A stretch of 37,670 nt of DNA. It comes from Bacteroidota bacterium (GTDB lineage Bacteria > Bacteroidota > Bacteroidia > Bacteroidales > VadinHA17). Shown one piece after another: positions 1 through 9,152 of this stretch (its first letter is position 1; the number at the start of each line of letters is the position of its first letter). Made by a program: the position numbers and the translations under genes. The stretch lies in the NCBI GenBank assembly GCA_003245695.1, contig QKCK01000243.1, positions 1 to 37,670 of the forward strand, given 5' to 3'. The notes beneath the pieces were generated by a model. The model was given only the letters and a program-made list of their open reading frames with translations, was not told the origin of the DNA and did no database searches.

Positions 1-2663
1 ACAATTAATATCCCATTTGGTTTATTAATATAATAATCTTTGTGATCGCCATCAGATAGATATTCATTATTCTTAACAAGGAGAAGTCTGCCAGATGAAT
101 CAAATACCCTGACAGTACAAGGTCCGCCATCCCATAATTCACCTTCAGGAATAACAGTAATGGCATTGTCAGTCTGGGTAAGGCGGAATGCTTTCTCTTC
201 TGTTGCAGGTTGTGTGCCAGGGAAGTTTTCTGATATGGTAATTATGAATCGTGATGTATTAAGTCCGGCATCAGAAGAGAATGAATACTCTTTAACAGAT
301 GTAAGGTCAATAGTAGTATTATTTGATTTATCGGTTAACCAGAGCTTCTGTTCCCCCGGGAGTATTGTCTCAGTATTTACGATTGTGAAGTTTCCTGCTA
401 CGGGTATCATTAATGCCAATGGCATCTCTGTTTGTGTGTCGGGCAGGGGTATCGCATTTATTGAATAATCTTCACCAGACAAAACAGTATAGATCTGGGG
501 TAATGACTTTGCAATGATTTTTGAAGCATCATAGTCTCCGTCGAAATCAAGGGAAGCGTTATTATCAAGTCTGATAACTGTTTCATCACTTGTTCCCTTT
601 TCAGATGAGAGGAGAGAAATCCTGAACAGAGGAATTTGAGAACTGCTTTTCAGTAGCATTGAAGAGGTATGTTCCCTGGCTGTATTTGGAATGGTAATAT
701 AGGTACCTACGGCTCTTGTTTTTACCATAAATCCCTGTAATGGTGCAATATGGGCAGATCCTCCGTTTGTCCCCACGCCATTTACGTATGAAGCCACAAC
801 ATCTCCTGCCTGAATGTAGATAGCATCTCTTACATTCACCGGATCAGATATAGTAACCAGGTCCCAGTTTATGCCACAGGTAAGTGAGTTACCGATACAC
901 TTGTAACCATAAAGACTGGTATCAGCTCCTGATCCGGAGAAGGGAAGGTTAACCTGACCGATGGTGGTTGTTATTGACCTTAGATTGTCATATACCAGGA
1001 TGGTATCTTCAGGAAACCAGATCAGATAGCCATTGTTAGCCACCAGTGATGAAAATGCTGTGGTACCGTCATAACCATCATGCCACTGCCATCCCTGTGA
1101 GATATCAGATGTTACCTTACTTTCATCATACATCATGAGGTCATATGGAGTGATGTCAGTAATAACGGATTTATCGACAGTAGTGGGTGGAGCAATATAA
1201 TGCCAACGGAATGAGACATCAGGCACAATATATCCTCCTGAAACAAACTGTTTTATTCTGACGTATCCCGAGTTACCCGAATAGCTGGTTGTCATGAGCG
1301 ACGCCCTCTCAGTAGCGTTGGCCTCAAGTACTATTGTACCGCTATTGGTAAGTGAGTTGAAAGTTACCTTTGCTCCTGCTTCAACAATCATTTTAAGGCC
1401 GGTGTTCAGAATAAAAGTAGGACCTGGTGTAAGTGTAGGGTAATTTGTCCTTCCGGCAGGTACTACAACATTTCTTGTTGTGCCTGGAGTATAACTCTTA
1501 TCCCAGTTTATTGGTCGCAGCCAGTCTGCAGTAGCAGTGCCCAGCCAACGGCTGTAAAGTACCTCATAAGCTCCTATATCGGGGTCCCCAACCCTTTTTG
1601 TTCCGATAAAATCAGTTGTGGATATTGTTATTCCTGAATAGGAAGCCAGCCCTGCATCACGAAGGGGAGAGTCAAATGTTATTAAGAAGTTCTCTCCTGC
1701 GGGGTTTGTAAAGTTTGGCCCAGTGGGGTCATTGTTTGTGCTGCTGAGGTTAAGAGAGCCTGGATATGACTCACCCTCTATGGCGCATGCATTTATGACT
1801 GTTGAAGGTGTTCCTGACAATGTTATCTGATTGGTTCCTCCCCATATTACTGAGTTTATGACAACAGCGTTACCTGAGTTCTCAAGATATAATGCTTTTC
1901 CGTTGCCGGCAGTAGATGTGCTATATAGGAAATCACAGTTTTGCAGCTTGGGAGAACCGCTTATTGATGCCACAGCTCCGCCGGGAAGAGCTGCATTATT
2001 ACTGATAAAGATGTTATCAGCAAAAACCGGTGATGCATTTGAGGAAATATATGCTGCACCACCACTTTCAGTTGCTCTATTGTTTTTGAATATTGTGCTG
2101 GAGATTGATGGGGAATGCCCTGATGCAACATACACGCCTCCACCCTTGATAGCGATACAGTTTTTTATCGTTGAATGAGTAATCTTAACCGTTGAAGAGC
2201 TCAGGTATAATCCACCACCCATTGAGCCGAGCTTTGCATTGGTACGTGAACCATTCTCAAGGGTAACATAAGAGATTGTTATGTTACCGGTTGAGGTGAT
2301 ATAGAGATTACCCCAGAGTTCTCCGGCCTCACCATTGATGCCGTCTTTATCAATATCAGCACTGATAAGTATCGGACTTGTTGTTGTGCCAACGGCATAC
2401 AGCCATCCGGTGCCGGTGATTCTGATACATGCCGAGCTGCTTGTTGAGATGAACTTAGCTCCCGGTGAGAGAGTTAATGTTTCATTATCTACAGTAATAT
2501 TGCCTCCAAAGTATTTTGTACCTGTGATAATAAGGTCTGAAGTCAATGTGCCACTGTATGGGCTTGATATAGAACCATTACCACTAAGCTGCCCGTATGC
2601 CATGCCTGAAAAAGCAATGGCAGCAACCAATAAAATTACCCCTCTTCTCATTGTTTGTTCCAT
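1..2663 (-). CDS. Secreted right-handed beta-helix repeat protein (Pmp-like GGxhYh/FxxN repeats) with a T9SS-type C-terminal sorting domain. Partial: the 3' end runs off the window.
   Basis: The ORF track omits it because no stop codon lies in the window. The reverse-complement frame starting at ATG 2663 (alternative ATG 2651) stays open down to position 3 in my manual translation. The N-terminus MEQTMRRGVILLVAAIAFSGMAYGQ looks like a signal peptide. Repeated GGGLYL, GGGVYV, SGGAAYI and PGGAVAS alternate with FKNN and FISN. The last residues in the window (CTVRVFDSSGRLLLVKNNEYLSDG...) resemble a Por/T9SS CTD. The + strand ORFs at 160..468, 1831..2178 and 2335..2667 are antisense to it. Confidence 0.75.
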   Translation of the reverse strand, partial: MEQTMRRGVILLVAAIAFSGMAYGQLSGNGSISSPYSGTLTSDLIITGTKYFGGNITVDNETLTLSPGAKFISTSSSACIRITGTGWLYAVGTTTSPILISADIDKDGINGEAGELWGNLYITSTGNITISYVTLENGSRTNAKLGSMGGGLYLSSSTVKITHSTIKNCIAIKGGGVYVASGHSPSISSTIFKNNRATESGGAAYISSNASPVFADNIFISNNAALPGGAVASISGSPKLQNCDFLYSTSTAGNGKALYLENSGNAVVINSVIWGGTNQITLSGTPSTVINACAIEGESYPGSLNLSSTNNDPTGPNFTNPAGENFLITFDSPLRDAGLASYSGITISTTDFIGTKRVGDPDIGAYEVLYSRWLGTATADWLRPINWDKSYTPGTTRNVVVPAGRTNYPTLTPGPTFILNTGLKMIVEAGAKVTFNSLTNSGTIVLEANATERASLMTTSYSGNSGYVRIKQFVSGGYIVPDVSFRWHYIAPPTTVDKSVITDITPYDLMMYDESKVTSDISQGWQWHDGYDGTTAFSSLVANNGYLIWFPEDTILVYDNLRSITTTIGQVNLPFSGSGADTSLYGYKCIGNSLTCGINWDLVTISDPVNVRDAIYIQAGDVVASYVNGVGTNGGSAHIAPLQGFMVKTRAVGTYITIPNTAREHTSSMLLKSSSQIPLFRISLLSSEKGTSDETVIRLDNNASLDFDGDYDASKIIAKSLPQIYTVLSGEDYSINAIPLPDTQTEMPLALMIPVAGNFTIVNTETILPGEQKLWLTDKSNNTTIDLTSVKEYSFSSDAGLNTSRFIITISENFPGTQPATEEKAFRLTQTDNAITVIPEGELWDGGPCTVRVFDSSGRLLLVKNNEYLSDGDHKDYYINKPNGILI

Positions 2664-2835
2664 TTAAGTTATGACACACAAACACACTTAAAAGTTGCAT
2701 AGAAAATGTATAACCCCTCACCCATGCAACTTGTTCATGCAAAATTACAAATTTGGCCTGAAGAATCAAAGGCAATACAATGAAGCTCAATTTAAAACAG
2801 AAGCAGAAGGAGGCTATGTGAGACCTTAATAATTT

Positions 2836-2843
2836 TATCTTTG
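2836..2843 (+). promoter_or_regulatory. TAnnTTTG -7-type promoter element upstream of the ABC exporter gene
   Basis: TATCTTTG lies 5 nt before GTG 2849. That spacing implies a leaderless or near-leaderless mRNA, or a different true start. Confidence 0.3.
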
Positions 2844-2848
2844 TATTA

Positions 2849-4639
2849 GTGAACCGAAAAGTAAATAGAGGTACCATACTAAAGACACTAAGCCTTGTAT
2901 ATGATAGTGCGGGCAGGTGGCTGGTTATTAATCTGTTGACATTAACCGGGCGCTCATTATTTCCTCTGGCTGGTCTGTATTTGCTGAAGAGGCTGGTAGA
3001 GACACTGACGAAATCTCCGGAGACAGGACAGATGGCAGTTATCACAGGGGTAGTCTGGATGATTATTGCCCTGGCAATTGTTCTTGCTGCTGATGACCTG
3101 CTTCTCATATCTGGTCGTTATACATTAAAGGTGCAGTCAAAGAAGCTTGAGGCATATGTTATGGCACAGATACACTCTCAGGCATCAACAATGGGACTGA
3201 AGTCATTCGGGGAGCCTTCGTTTCATGAACTGCTGGAGCGTGCTGCGAGTGATGCTTCATGGCGTCCTGCTGCCATAGTGGGCAACCTTTTTTTATTATT
3301 CAGAGGAATACTCTCTTTTATTATTATGGCAGTAGTGTTATCACGTTTCAGTATTCTGATGTCATTGATTTTACCCATGGCATTCCTGCCACTCTTTTTA
3401 TCAAGATCATTTACTTCAAAACAGTTATATAAGTCGCGACAGCAACAGACTCCCCTTAATAGAAAAGCATCATATTTCAGCTGGCTCATAACGGGAGAGA
3501 GACCCGCACGGGAGATAAAGCTCTTTGGATTAGGTAATTACTTCATGTCATTATATAATGACTATTTCATGAGATCGGAGGAGATAGATCTCAGGACCCT
3601 GAAACAAAGCAGCAGGTATGCGCTTATTGCTGCCATTTTTAAAACAGCGGCCCTGGCAGGCGTAATTATCATACTTGTTAATTCTATGATCAACGGAGGG
3701 ATTACTGCCGGTGACCTTGCCATTTATATCGTAGCGTCACGCCAGGCAATGGTTTACCTGCGTGATGCTTTTTCGGGTCTCTCAGGAGCCAGAGAAGACA
3801 AATTGTTTCTGAACGATTACTTTGAGTTCATTGAGCAGAAAAGTGATCTTATTACTTTGCAACCAGCCGTGGCTGCTCCAGAGAGTATGAATGAGATAGA
3901 GATCAGGGACCTCTCTTTTACATACCAGGGAAGTGACACCCCTGCCCTCAGGAATGTGAGCCTGACTATAAGGGAAGGGGAACGGATAGCTATTGTTGGG
4001 GATAATGGTTCAGGCAAGAGTACGCTGGTAAAGCTCTTATGTCGTCTTTATGACCCCGATGCCGGATATATTAAATATGCCGGAACAGATGTAAGATATA
4101 TATTGCCGGAAGAGTACAGAAAGAGATTCTCAGTAGTCTTCCAGGATTTTATGCTATACTATCTTTCTGCCCGCGAGAATATCTCTATCAGTGACTTTGA
4201 TCATAAAGCGGATGATGAGAATATTGGTATTGCAATGGCCAGGGTTGGTCTGGACGAACTGTTTTCGACTCTTCCGGAGGGTTATGACACTGCTCTGGGG
4301 CACATGACTCCGGAAGGGAGAGAACTGAGCTGGGGCGAATGGCAAAAGATAGCCATTGCCAGGGCATTATTCCGTAGAGCACCTGTACTGATTTTGGATG
4401 AGCCCTCTTCATCTCTCGATGCCAAAGCTGAATATGAGATATTCTCTCGTCTGGATAGCATCACAGAGGGACGTACCACCATTTTTATAAGCCACCGGTT
4501 GTCAAATATTATGACTGCTGACAGGATTGTTGTTCTAAGTAAAGGGACGGTTGTTGAGTGTGGCACGCACGAAGAGCTGATGAGCCAGAATGGAATATAC
4601 TCCGGAATGTACAACAGGCAAAAAAGTATGTACAGATGA
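2849..4639 (+). CDS. ABC exporter, fused transmembrane and ATP-binding domains (half-transporter, MsbA/bacteriocin-exporter architecture). No N-terminal C39 peptidase domain.
   Basis: 596-aa ORF with a GTG start. The N-terminal ~300 aa are hydrophobic, consistent with six helices. Walker A is GDNGSGKST (3998-4024). The signature region is ELSWGEWQKIAIARAL (LSWGE in place of LSGGQ). Walker B is VLILDEPSSSLD and the H-loop is ISHRL. Confidence 0.85.
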   Translation: MNRKVNRGTILKTLSLVYDSAGRWLVINLLTLTGRSLFPLAGLYLLKRLVETLTKSPETGQMAVITGVVWMIIALAIVLAADDLLLISGRYTLKVQSKKLEAYVMAQIHSQASTMGLKSFGEPSFHELLERAASDASWRPAAIVGNLFLLFRGILSFIIMAVVLSRFSILMSLILPMAFLPLFLSRSFTSKQLYKSRQQQTPLNRKASYFSWLITGERPAREIKLFGLGNYFMSLYNDYFMRSEEIDLRTLKQSSRYALIAAIFKTAALAGVIIILVNSMINGGITAGDLAIYIVASRQAMVYLRDAFSGLSGAREDKLFLNDYFEFIEQKSDLITLQPAVAAPESMNEIEIRDLSFTYQGSDTPALRNVSLTIREGERIAIVGDNGSGKSTLVKLLCRLYDPDAGYIKYAGTDVRYILPEEYRKRFSVVFQDFMLYYLSARENISISDFDHKADDENIGIAMARVGLDELFSTLPEGYDTALGHMTPEGRELSWGEWQKIAIARALFRRAPVLILDEPSSSLDAKAEYEIFSRLDSITEGRTTIFISHRLSNIMTADRIVVLSKGTVVECGTHEELMSQNGIYSGMYNRQKSMYR

Positions 4640-5823
4640 TGAGTAAGATATCATATGATAAGAATATTCTGGATCTGCTTATTTTATTATGTAATGATGA
4701 ACTGTCAGAGAAAGAGAGGGAAAGGGCCCTGGCAGCAGCAGCATCAGTTACTGACTGGAACCTTTTTAATGATGTTGTAAGGAAAAATGGTATTGCAGCT
4801 CTGGCATGGTATAATCTTAAAAGCAATGATATCTTTAAATACACTCCGGAAAGCATTCAGACTCTTCTTGAAGGTGCCATGCAACGTACAGTAGCAAGGG
4901 TGGAGTTCATCGTACACAAAGCTCTTGATATATCGAACCTGCTTGGCAAAAATGGCATTAAAGTGCTGTTTTTGAAAGGGGTTGCTCTTGAAAACAGTGT
5001 CTATGGGAAAAGAGGCCTGCGGCAGATGAATGATGTGGATATCCTTATTGATCCCTTGCAGTGCAGGAAGGCATGGAATATTCTGAGAAGAGCTGGTTAT
5101 GCAAACAGGCCTGTCAAATCGATCTTTCACAAAATGATCATTATGCACCTGGGTAACCATCTCCCTGAGCTTTTTAAAAACGGGATATCAGTTGACATGC
5201 ATCACAGGCTGTTTCATATGAAAGGGACGGAGATAGTTAAGGAGGCAATAATAAAGCCTGGGACAATAACGATCGCCGATACAACTCAATATGTTTTACC
5301 TCCCCGCATTGCTTTTTTAGCCCTGGTGCGTCACATATCAAAGCACGAATTAAAGGGTGAGTTTCAGATAAGGCTTTTTACAGATCTCTTTCTTATTCTG
5401 AAGTATTACCGGGAACTGATATTATGTGATGCATTAGCTCCTGAGGCAGAGGCGACCGGTGTAACGGAAGGAGTTAAGAAAACCCTGTTTTTGCTCTCAC
5501 ATTACTGGCATTCAGATATACCGGAAAAATTTCTGGAGGGAACCACTTCTTCAGATAAGCAGGAATATGAAGAGTGGTTCATCGAAGGAGTATTCAGGGC
5601 CGGAGAAGTTATTAAATCAAAGAACAGGGATGCATACAGAAACATTCTTACAGGGATAGACACTCCCTGGCATAAGTTTCTGTATCTGCTTGGTGATTTG
5701 TTCCCTTCAATCAGTTTTATGAAGGAGAGATACAGGCTTAACAGTACTTTCTCTGTTTTGTTGCGTTATCCTCAGCGTTTAGGAAAGACAGTCTGGTTTT
5801 TCAGGGCTCTGTTCAGCAAATAA
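4636..5823 (+). CDS. Nucleotidyltransferase family protein (PF14907 / NTP_transf_5-like, Pol-beta NTase fold)
   Basis: The track ORF starts at 4558 inside the ABC gene. ATG 4636 (MMSKISYDK...) overlaps the ABC stop codon as ATGA, which suggests translational coupling. The NTase motif is GKRGLRQMNDVDILID, with Asp codons at 5032-5034 and 5038-5040. The overall pattern (LLLCNDELSEKERERALAAAASVTDWNLF...) matches the uncharacterised nucleotidyltransferases I know from lasso/RiPP neighbourhoods. Confidence 0.65.
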   Translation: MMSKISYDKNILDLLILLCNDELSEKERERALAAAASVTDWNLFNDVVRKNGIAALAWYNLKSNDIFKYTPESIQTLLEGAMQRTVARVEFIVHKALDISNLLGKNGIKVLFLKGVALENSVYGKRGLRQMNDVDILIDPLQCRKAWNILRRAGYANRPVKSIFHKMIIMHLGNHLPELFKNGISVDMHHRLFHMKGTEIVKEAIIKPGTITIADTTQYVLPPRIAFLALVRHISKHELKGEFQIRLFTDLFLILKYYRELILCDALAPEAEATGVTEGVKKTLFLLSHYWHSDIPEKFLEGTTSSDKQEYEEWFIEGVFRAGEVIKSKNRDAYRNILTGIDTPWHKFLYLLGDLFPSISFMKERYRLNSTFSVLLRYPQRLGKTVWFFRALFSK

Positions 5824-6064
5824 ATCTTTTATTCTCAAATAGTTTAACTATTGTAATTTTTAGTCGCTTGACGCAAAAGGCAATTTTTGTTATATTTACA
5901 CAAGTCAATGTCAGAAATTTTCATCGATGTTTAAATTGGGTTGGTTTATATTAATGCCTGCTTCTTCACAGATGTGCAAAAAGAGTATGATTGTCTTTAA
6001 AAGAGACGATAAATAACTTGTTGGCAATGCTTTGTTTAGAGGCAGGATTGCTCATTCAATCCCT

Positions 6065-6100
6065 CTGCCCGGGTATCACCTGCCCGGGCAGCTTTATTTA
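6065..6100 (+). terminator. Rho-independent terminator-like hairpin after the ABC/NTase operon
   Basis: A perfect 9-bp GC-rich stem pairs CTGCCCGGG (6065-6073) with CCCGGGCAG (6083-6091). The loop is 9 nt and CTTTATTTA follows. Confidence 0.6.
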
Positions 6101-6130
6101 AAATGGCCTACAGCCTATCGTTAAAAGCGT

Positions 6131-6138
6131 TATTTTTG
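6131..6138 (+). promoter_or_regulatory. TAnnTTTG -7 promoter element for cysS
   Basis: TATTTTTG ends 14 nt upstream of ATG 6153. The 33444 gene has the same spacing. Confidence 0.45.
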
Positions 6139-6152
6139 TAAAAATTTTTCTT

Positions 6153-7622
6153 ATGGGAAGAGAACTCTATCTATATAATACTCTTACGCGCAGCAAAGAG
6201 CTTTTTGAACCTGTAGAACCTCCATATGTAGGGATGTATGTCTGCGGACCGACTGTATACAGTGATTCACATCTGGGGCATGCACGTCCGGCTATTACCT
6301 ATGATATTCTGTATCGTTATCTTATGCATCTGGGATACAAGGTAAGATACGTCCGCAATATTACAGATGTAGGCCACCTTGAGAATGAGGCAGATGATTC
6401 AGGTGAAGACAGAATAACAAAAAAGGCACGTCAGGAGAATATAGAGCCAATGGAAGTAGTGCAGCGATATATGAATTCGTTTCACCGTTCAATGGATCTC
6501 CTGAATACTCTCCAGCCCTCTATTGAGCCGAGAGCCACGGGGCATATAGTGGAGCAGCAGGAGATGATAAGTACAATCATTGAGGAGGGGTTTGCATACG
6601 AAGAGAATGGCTCGGTCTATTTTGATGTGGAGAAATACAACAGAAGTTATCCATATGGCATTCTCTCAGGTCGTGTTCTTGATGAGATGAAAGCCAACAG
6701 TCGTGTTCTTGAGGGTCAGGATGAGAAACATAGTCCGTTTGATTTTGCTTTATGGAAGAAGGCATCACAGGCTCATATAATGAAATGGTCTTCTCCCTGG
6801 AGCAATGGCTTTCCGGGATGGCATCTGGAGTGCTCTGTGATGAGCACCAAATACCTGGGGGATGTCTTTGACATACACGGCGGGGGTATGGATCTTATCT
6901 TCCCGCATCATGAGTGTGAGATAGCTCAGAGCACTGCTGCCAATGGAAAACCATCGGTACGCTATTGGGTACATAATAACATGATTACAATAAACGGGCA
7001 GAAGATGGCCCGCTCACTTGGCAACTTCATAACACTTGACCAGCTGTTTTCAGGTAATCACCCTCTCCTTGAAAGAGCATATAGTCCTATGACTATACGG
7101 TTCTTTATCCTGCAGGCTCAGTATCGTGGCACAGTTGACTTCAGCAATGAAGCACTGCTCTCTGCTTCACTGGGGCTTCAGAAGTTGATGACAGCGGTGA
7201 AGACACTCAACAGCCTGAAGGGCTCGGAGAGATCGTCGATAGACATATCAGCTATTAAAGAGAAGTGTTATGAGGCTATGAGCGATGATCTGAACACACC
7301 TGTAGTATTGGCTCATCTGTTTGATGGAGTAAGGATGATAAACCTTGTCAATGATGGCAGGGAGACACTTTCAGAAGCGGATCTGGATGACCTGAAAGAG
7401 CTGTTCCGTACCTTTGTCTTTGATATCCTTGGGTTAAAGGAAGAGGAGAGTTCGGGCAATGATCTTCTGAGCGGCGTAGTAGAGATGGTATTGAATATGC
7501 GGCAGGAGGCAAAAGCCAGAAAGGACTGGGCAACATCAGACCGTATCAGGGATGAGCTGTTAAAGCTTGGCGTAAATGTCAAAGACCGTAAGGATGGCTT
7601 TGACTGGGAAATAAAACATTAG
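6153..7622 (+). CDS. cysS: Cysteine--tRNA ligase
   Basis: 489 aa. The N-terminus reads [14 protein letters not shown]...[15 protein letters not shown]-type motif [13 protein letters not shown]-type motif KMARSLGN, and zinc-site context GWHLECS. Confidence 0.95.
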   Translation: MGRELYLYNTLTRSKELFEPVEPPYVGMYVCGPTVYSDSHLGHARPAITYDILYRYLMHLGYKVRYVRNITDVGHLENEADDSGEDRITKKARQENIEPMEVVQRYMNSFHRSMDLLNTLQPSIEPRATGHIVEQQEMISTIIEEGFAYEENGSVYFDVEKYNRSYPYGILSGRVLDEMKANSRVLEGQDEKHSPFDFALWKKASQAHIMKWSSPWSNGFPGWHLECSVMSTKYLGDVFDIHGGGMDLIFPHHECEIAQSTAANGKPSVRYWVHNNMITINGQKMARSLGNFITLDQLFSGNHPLLERAYSPMTIRFFILQAQYRGTVDFSNEALLSASLGLQKLMTAVKTLNSLKGSERSSIDISAIKEKCYEAMSDDLNTPVVLAHLFDGVRMINLVNDGRETLSEADLDDLKELFRTFVFDILGLKEEESSGNDLLSGVVEMVLNMRQEAKARKDWATSDRIRDELLKLGVNVKDRKDGFDWEIKH

Positions 7623-7628
7623 GTTACG

Positions 7629-9152
7629 ATGATATACCGATCGCGTATCGTAACAATAGGGTCGTTATCGCTTGGAGGAGATCTCCCGGTGAGGGTGCAG
7701 TCAATGACTAACACCAACACATGCGATACTGAATCGAGTGTTGCACAGTGTATTCGCATCATTGAGGCCGGCGGTGAAATGGTGCGTCTGACAGCCCAGG
7801 GTGTTCGTGAAGCGGAGAATCTTGCAGTTATTAAAAAGCATCTCAGAGCCGCTGGTTTTGATACACCACTGGTTGCTGATATTCATTTTAATCCATCGGC
7901 AGCTGAAGTGGCTGCACGAATGGTTGAGAAAGTCAGAATAAACCCCGGGAATTATGCTGATAAAAGGGCCTCATTCACTGACACACATTTTACTGAAGAG
8001 GGGTACAATGCTGAACTGGAGAGGATCAGAGAACGCCTTTTACCTCTTATAGGAATATGCAGAGAATATGGGACAGCAATACGTATTGGTGTAAACCATG
8101 GGTCATTGTCTGACCGTATCATGACACGCTATGGCAACACTCCTGAAGGGATGGCAGTATCGGCTGTAGAGTTTCTTCAGATATTCAGGGATGAGGGGTT
8201 CAATAATATGGTTGTATCAATGAAGTCGTCTGATACGCGTGTGATGACAGAGTCAAACCTCAGGCTGGTGAGAATGATGCAGGCTGCCGGGATGGATTAT
8301 CCGGTTCATATAGGTATTACAGAGGCCGGTGAGGGTGAAGATGGAAGAATTATCTCAGCTTCGGGTATCGGCACAATGCTTTCAGCAGGGATAGGTGATA
8401 CAATCAGGGTCTCCCTGTCAGAGGTACCTGAGAAGGAGATACCGGTGGCAAAGGAGATCATACGTGTTGTATGTGGAGATAAGGGAAGGGTGACAGAGAA
8501 TATTGATGAGATAGAGTTCTGTGAAAGGGACACTCTTTATAAACCTGAGGTTTACTCTTTTGATGGGGAAAAATATGTGCCGGAGTTTACTTCAGAAGGG
8601 AGTCGTACCATCGTCAGTTTTGAGCCTTCAAAGCCACCGCTGATAGGAGACATTAAAGGCGACGATGTTATTCTGTCTGTCATATTTTCTGAGGATGATG
8701 ATGAAAAGCTCACTATTGATGCTGCAGCCCTTCTTGGCAAATACTTTATCGCCCGAAAGGCTGGCGGGATATGTGTTGTCAATAATGTGAAGAGGGGGCA
8801 GGACAGACTGAGGGATCTCTCATATGCAATTCTCCAGGCTACGGAGGCGAGGATAACGCGCAACAGGTATATCTCATGTCCCACCTGTGGGCGTACCAGG
8901 TTCAATCTTGAGGCAGCAGTAAAAGAGGTAAAGAACGCCACATCACATCTTCAGGGTTTGAAGATAGCGGTGATGGGTTGTATTGTAAATGGCCCCGGCG
9001 AGATGGCGGGAGCTGATTATGGGTATGTTGGGGCAGGCCAGGGGAAGGTACATATATACCGGGGGCACAATGCTGTACTGCTCAACATCCCGCAGGAAGA
9101 GGCAGTAGCCCGTCTTCTGCAGGTTATCGAGGCAGATCAGGCAAGCCGGTAG
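7629..9152 (+). CDS. ispG: 4-hydroxy-3-methylbut-2-en-1-yl diphosphate synthase (long form with an inserted domain)
   Basis: 507 aa. VRVQSMTNT, RINPGNY and GVNHGSL mark the TIM-barrel domain. The C-terminal Fe-S domain has CPTCGRT and GCIVNGPGE. About 100 aa lie between the two domains. Confidence 0.92.
   Translation: MIYRSRIVTIGSLSLGGDLPVRVQSMTNTNTCDTESSVAQCIRIIEAGGEMVRLTAQGVREAENLAVIKKHLRAAGFDTPLVADIHFNPSAAEVAARMVEKVRINPGNYADKRASFTDTHFTEEGYNAELERIRERLLPLIGICREYGTAIRIGVNHGSLSDRIMTRYGNTPEGMAVSAVEFLQIFRDEGFNNMVVSMKSSDTRVMTESNLRLVRMMQAAGMDYPVHIGITEAGEGEDGRIISASGIGTMLSAGIGDTIRVSLSEVPEKEIPVAKEIIRVVCGDKGRVTENIDEIEFCERDTLYKPEVYSFDGEKYVPEFTSEGSRTIVSFEPSKPPLIGDIKGDDVILSVIFSEDDDEKLTIDAAALLGKYFIARKAGGICVVNNVKRGQDRLRDLSYAILQATEARITRNRYISCPTCGRTRFNLEAAVKEVKNATSHLQGLKIAVMGCIVNGPGEMAGADYGYVGAGQGKVHIYRGHNAVLLNIPQEEAVARLLQVIEADQASR

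Noticed and set aside
160-2667. Plus-strand ORFs 160..468, 1831..2178 and 2335..2667, and minus-strand ORF 1961..2143
   Set aside because: They are short, with low-complexity or odd composition. They lie antisense to, or out of frame with, the long continuous minus-strand beta-helix ORF, which has clear protein-like repeats.
2584-3108. 174-aa minus-strand ORF spanning the divergent intergenic region and the 5' part of the ABC gene
   Set aside because: It overlaps the start of the beta-helix gene out of frame, crosses the promoter region, and is antisense to the ABC transmembrane domain. It has no recognisable motifs.
4558-4635. N-terminal extension (MWHARRADEPEW...) of the nucleotidyltransferase ORF
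   Set aside because: It lies entirely inside the ABC gene's conserved C-terminus in another frame. ATG 4636, which overlaps the stop as ATGA, is the more natural start.
6040-6075. tRNA-like T-arm or small RNA (GGATTGCTCATTCAATCC)
   Set aside because: It is a 6-bp stem with a 6-nt loop. It lacks the TTCGA loop consensus, and there is no acceptor, D or anticodon arm around it. It is most likely part of the terminator region.
7629-9152. IspG insert domain as a novelty
   Set aside because: The extra domain between the TIM-barrel and Fe-S domains is a known feature of the long IspG form found in Bacteroidota, Chlamydiae and plants.
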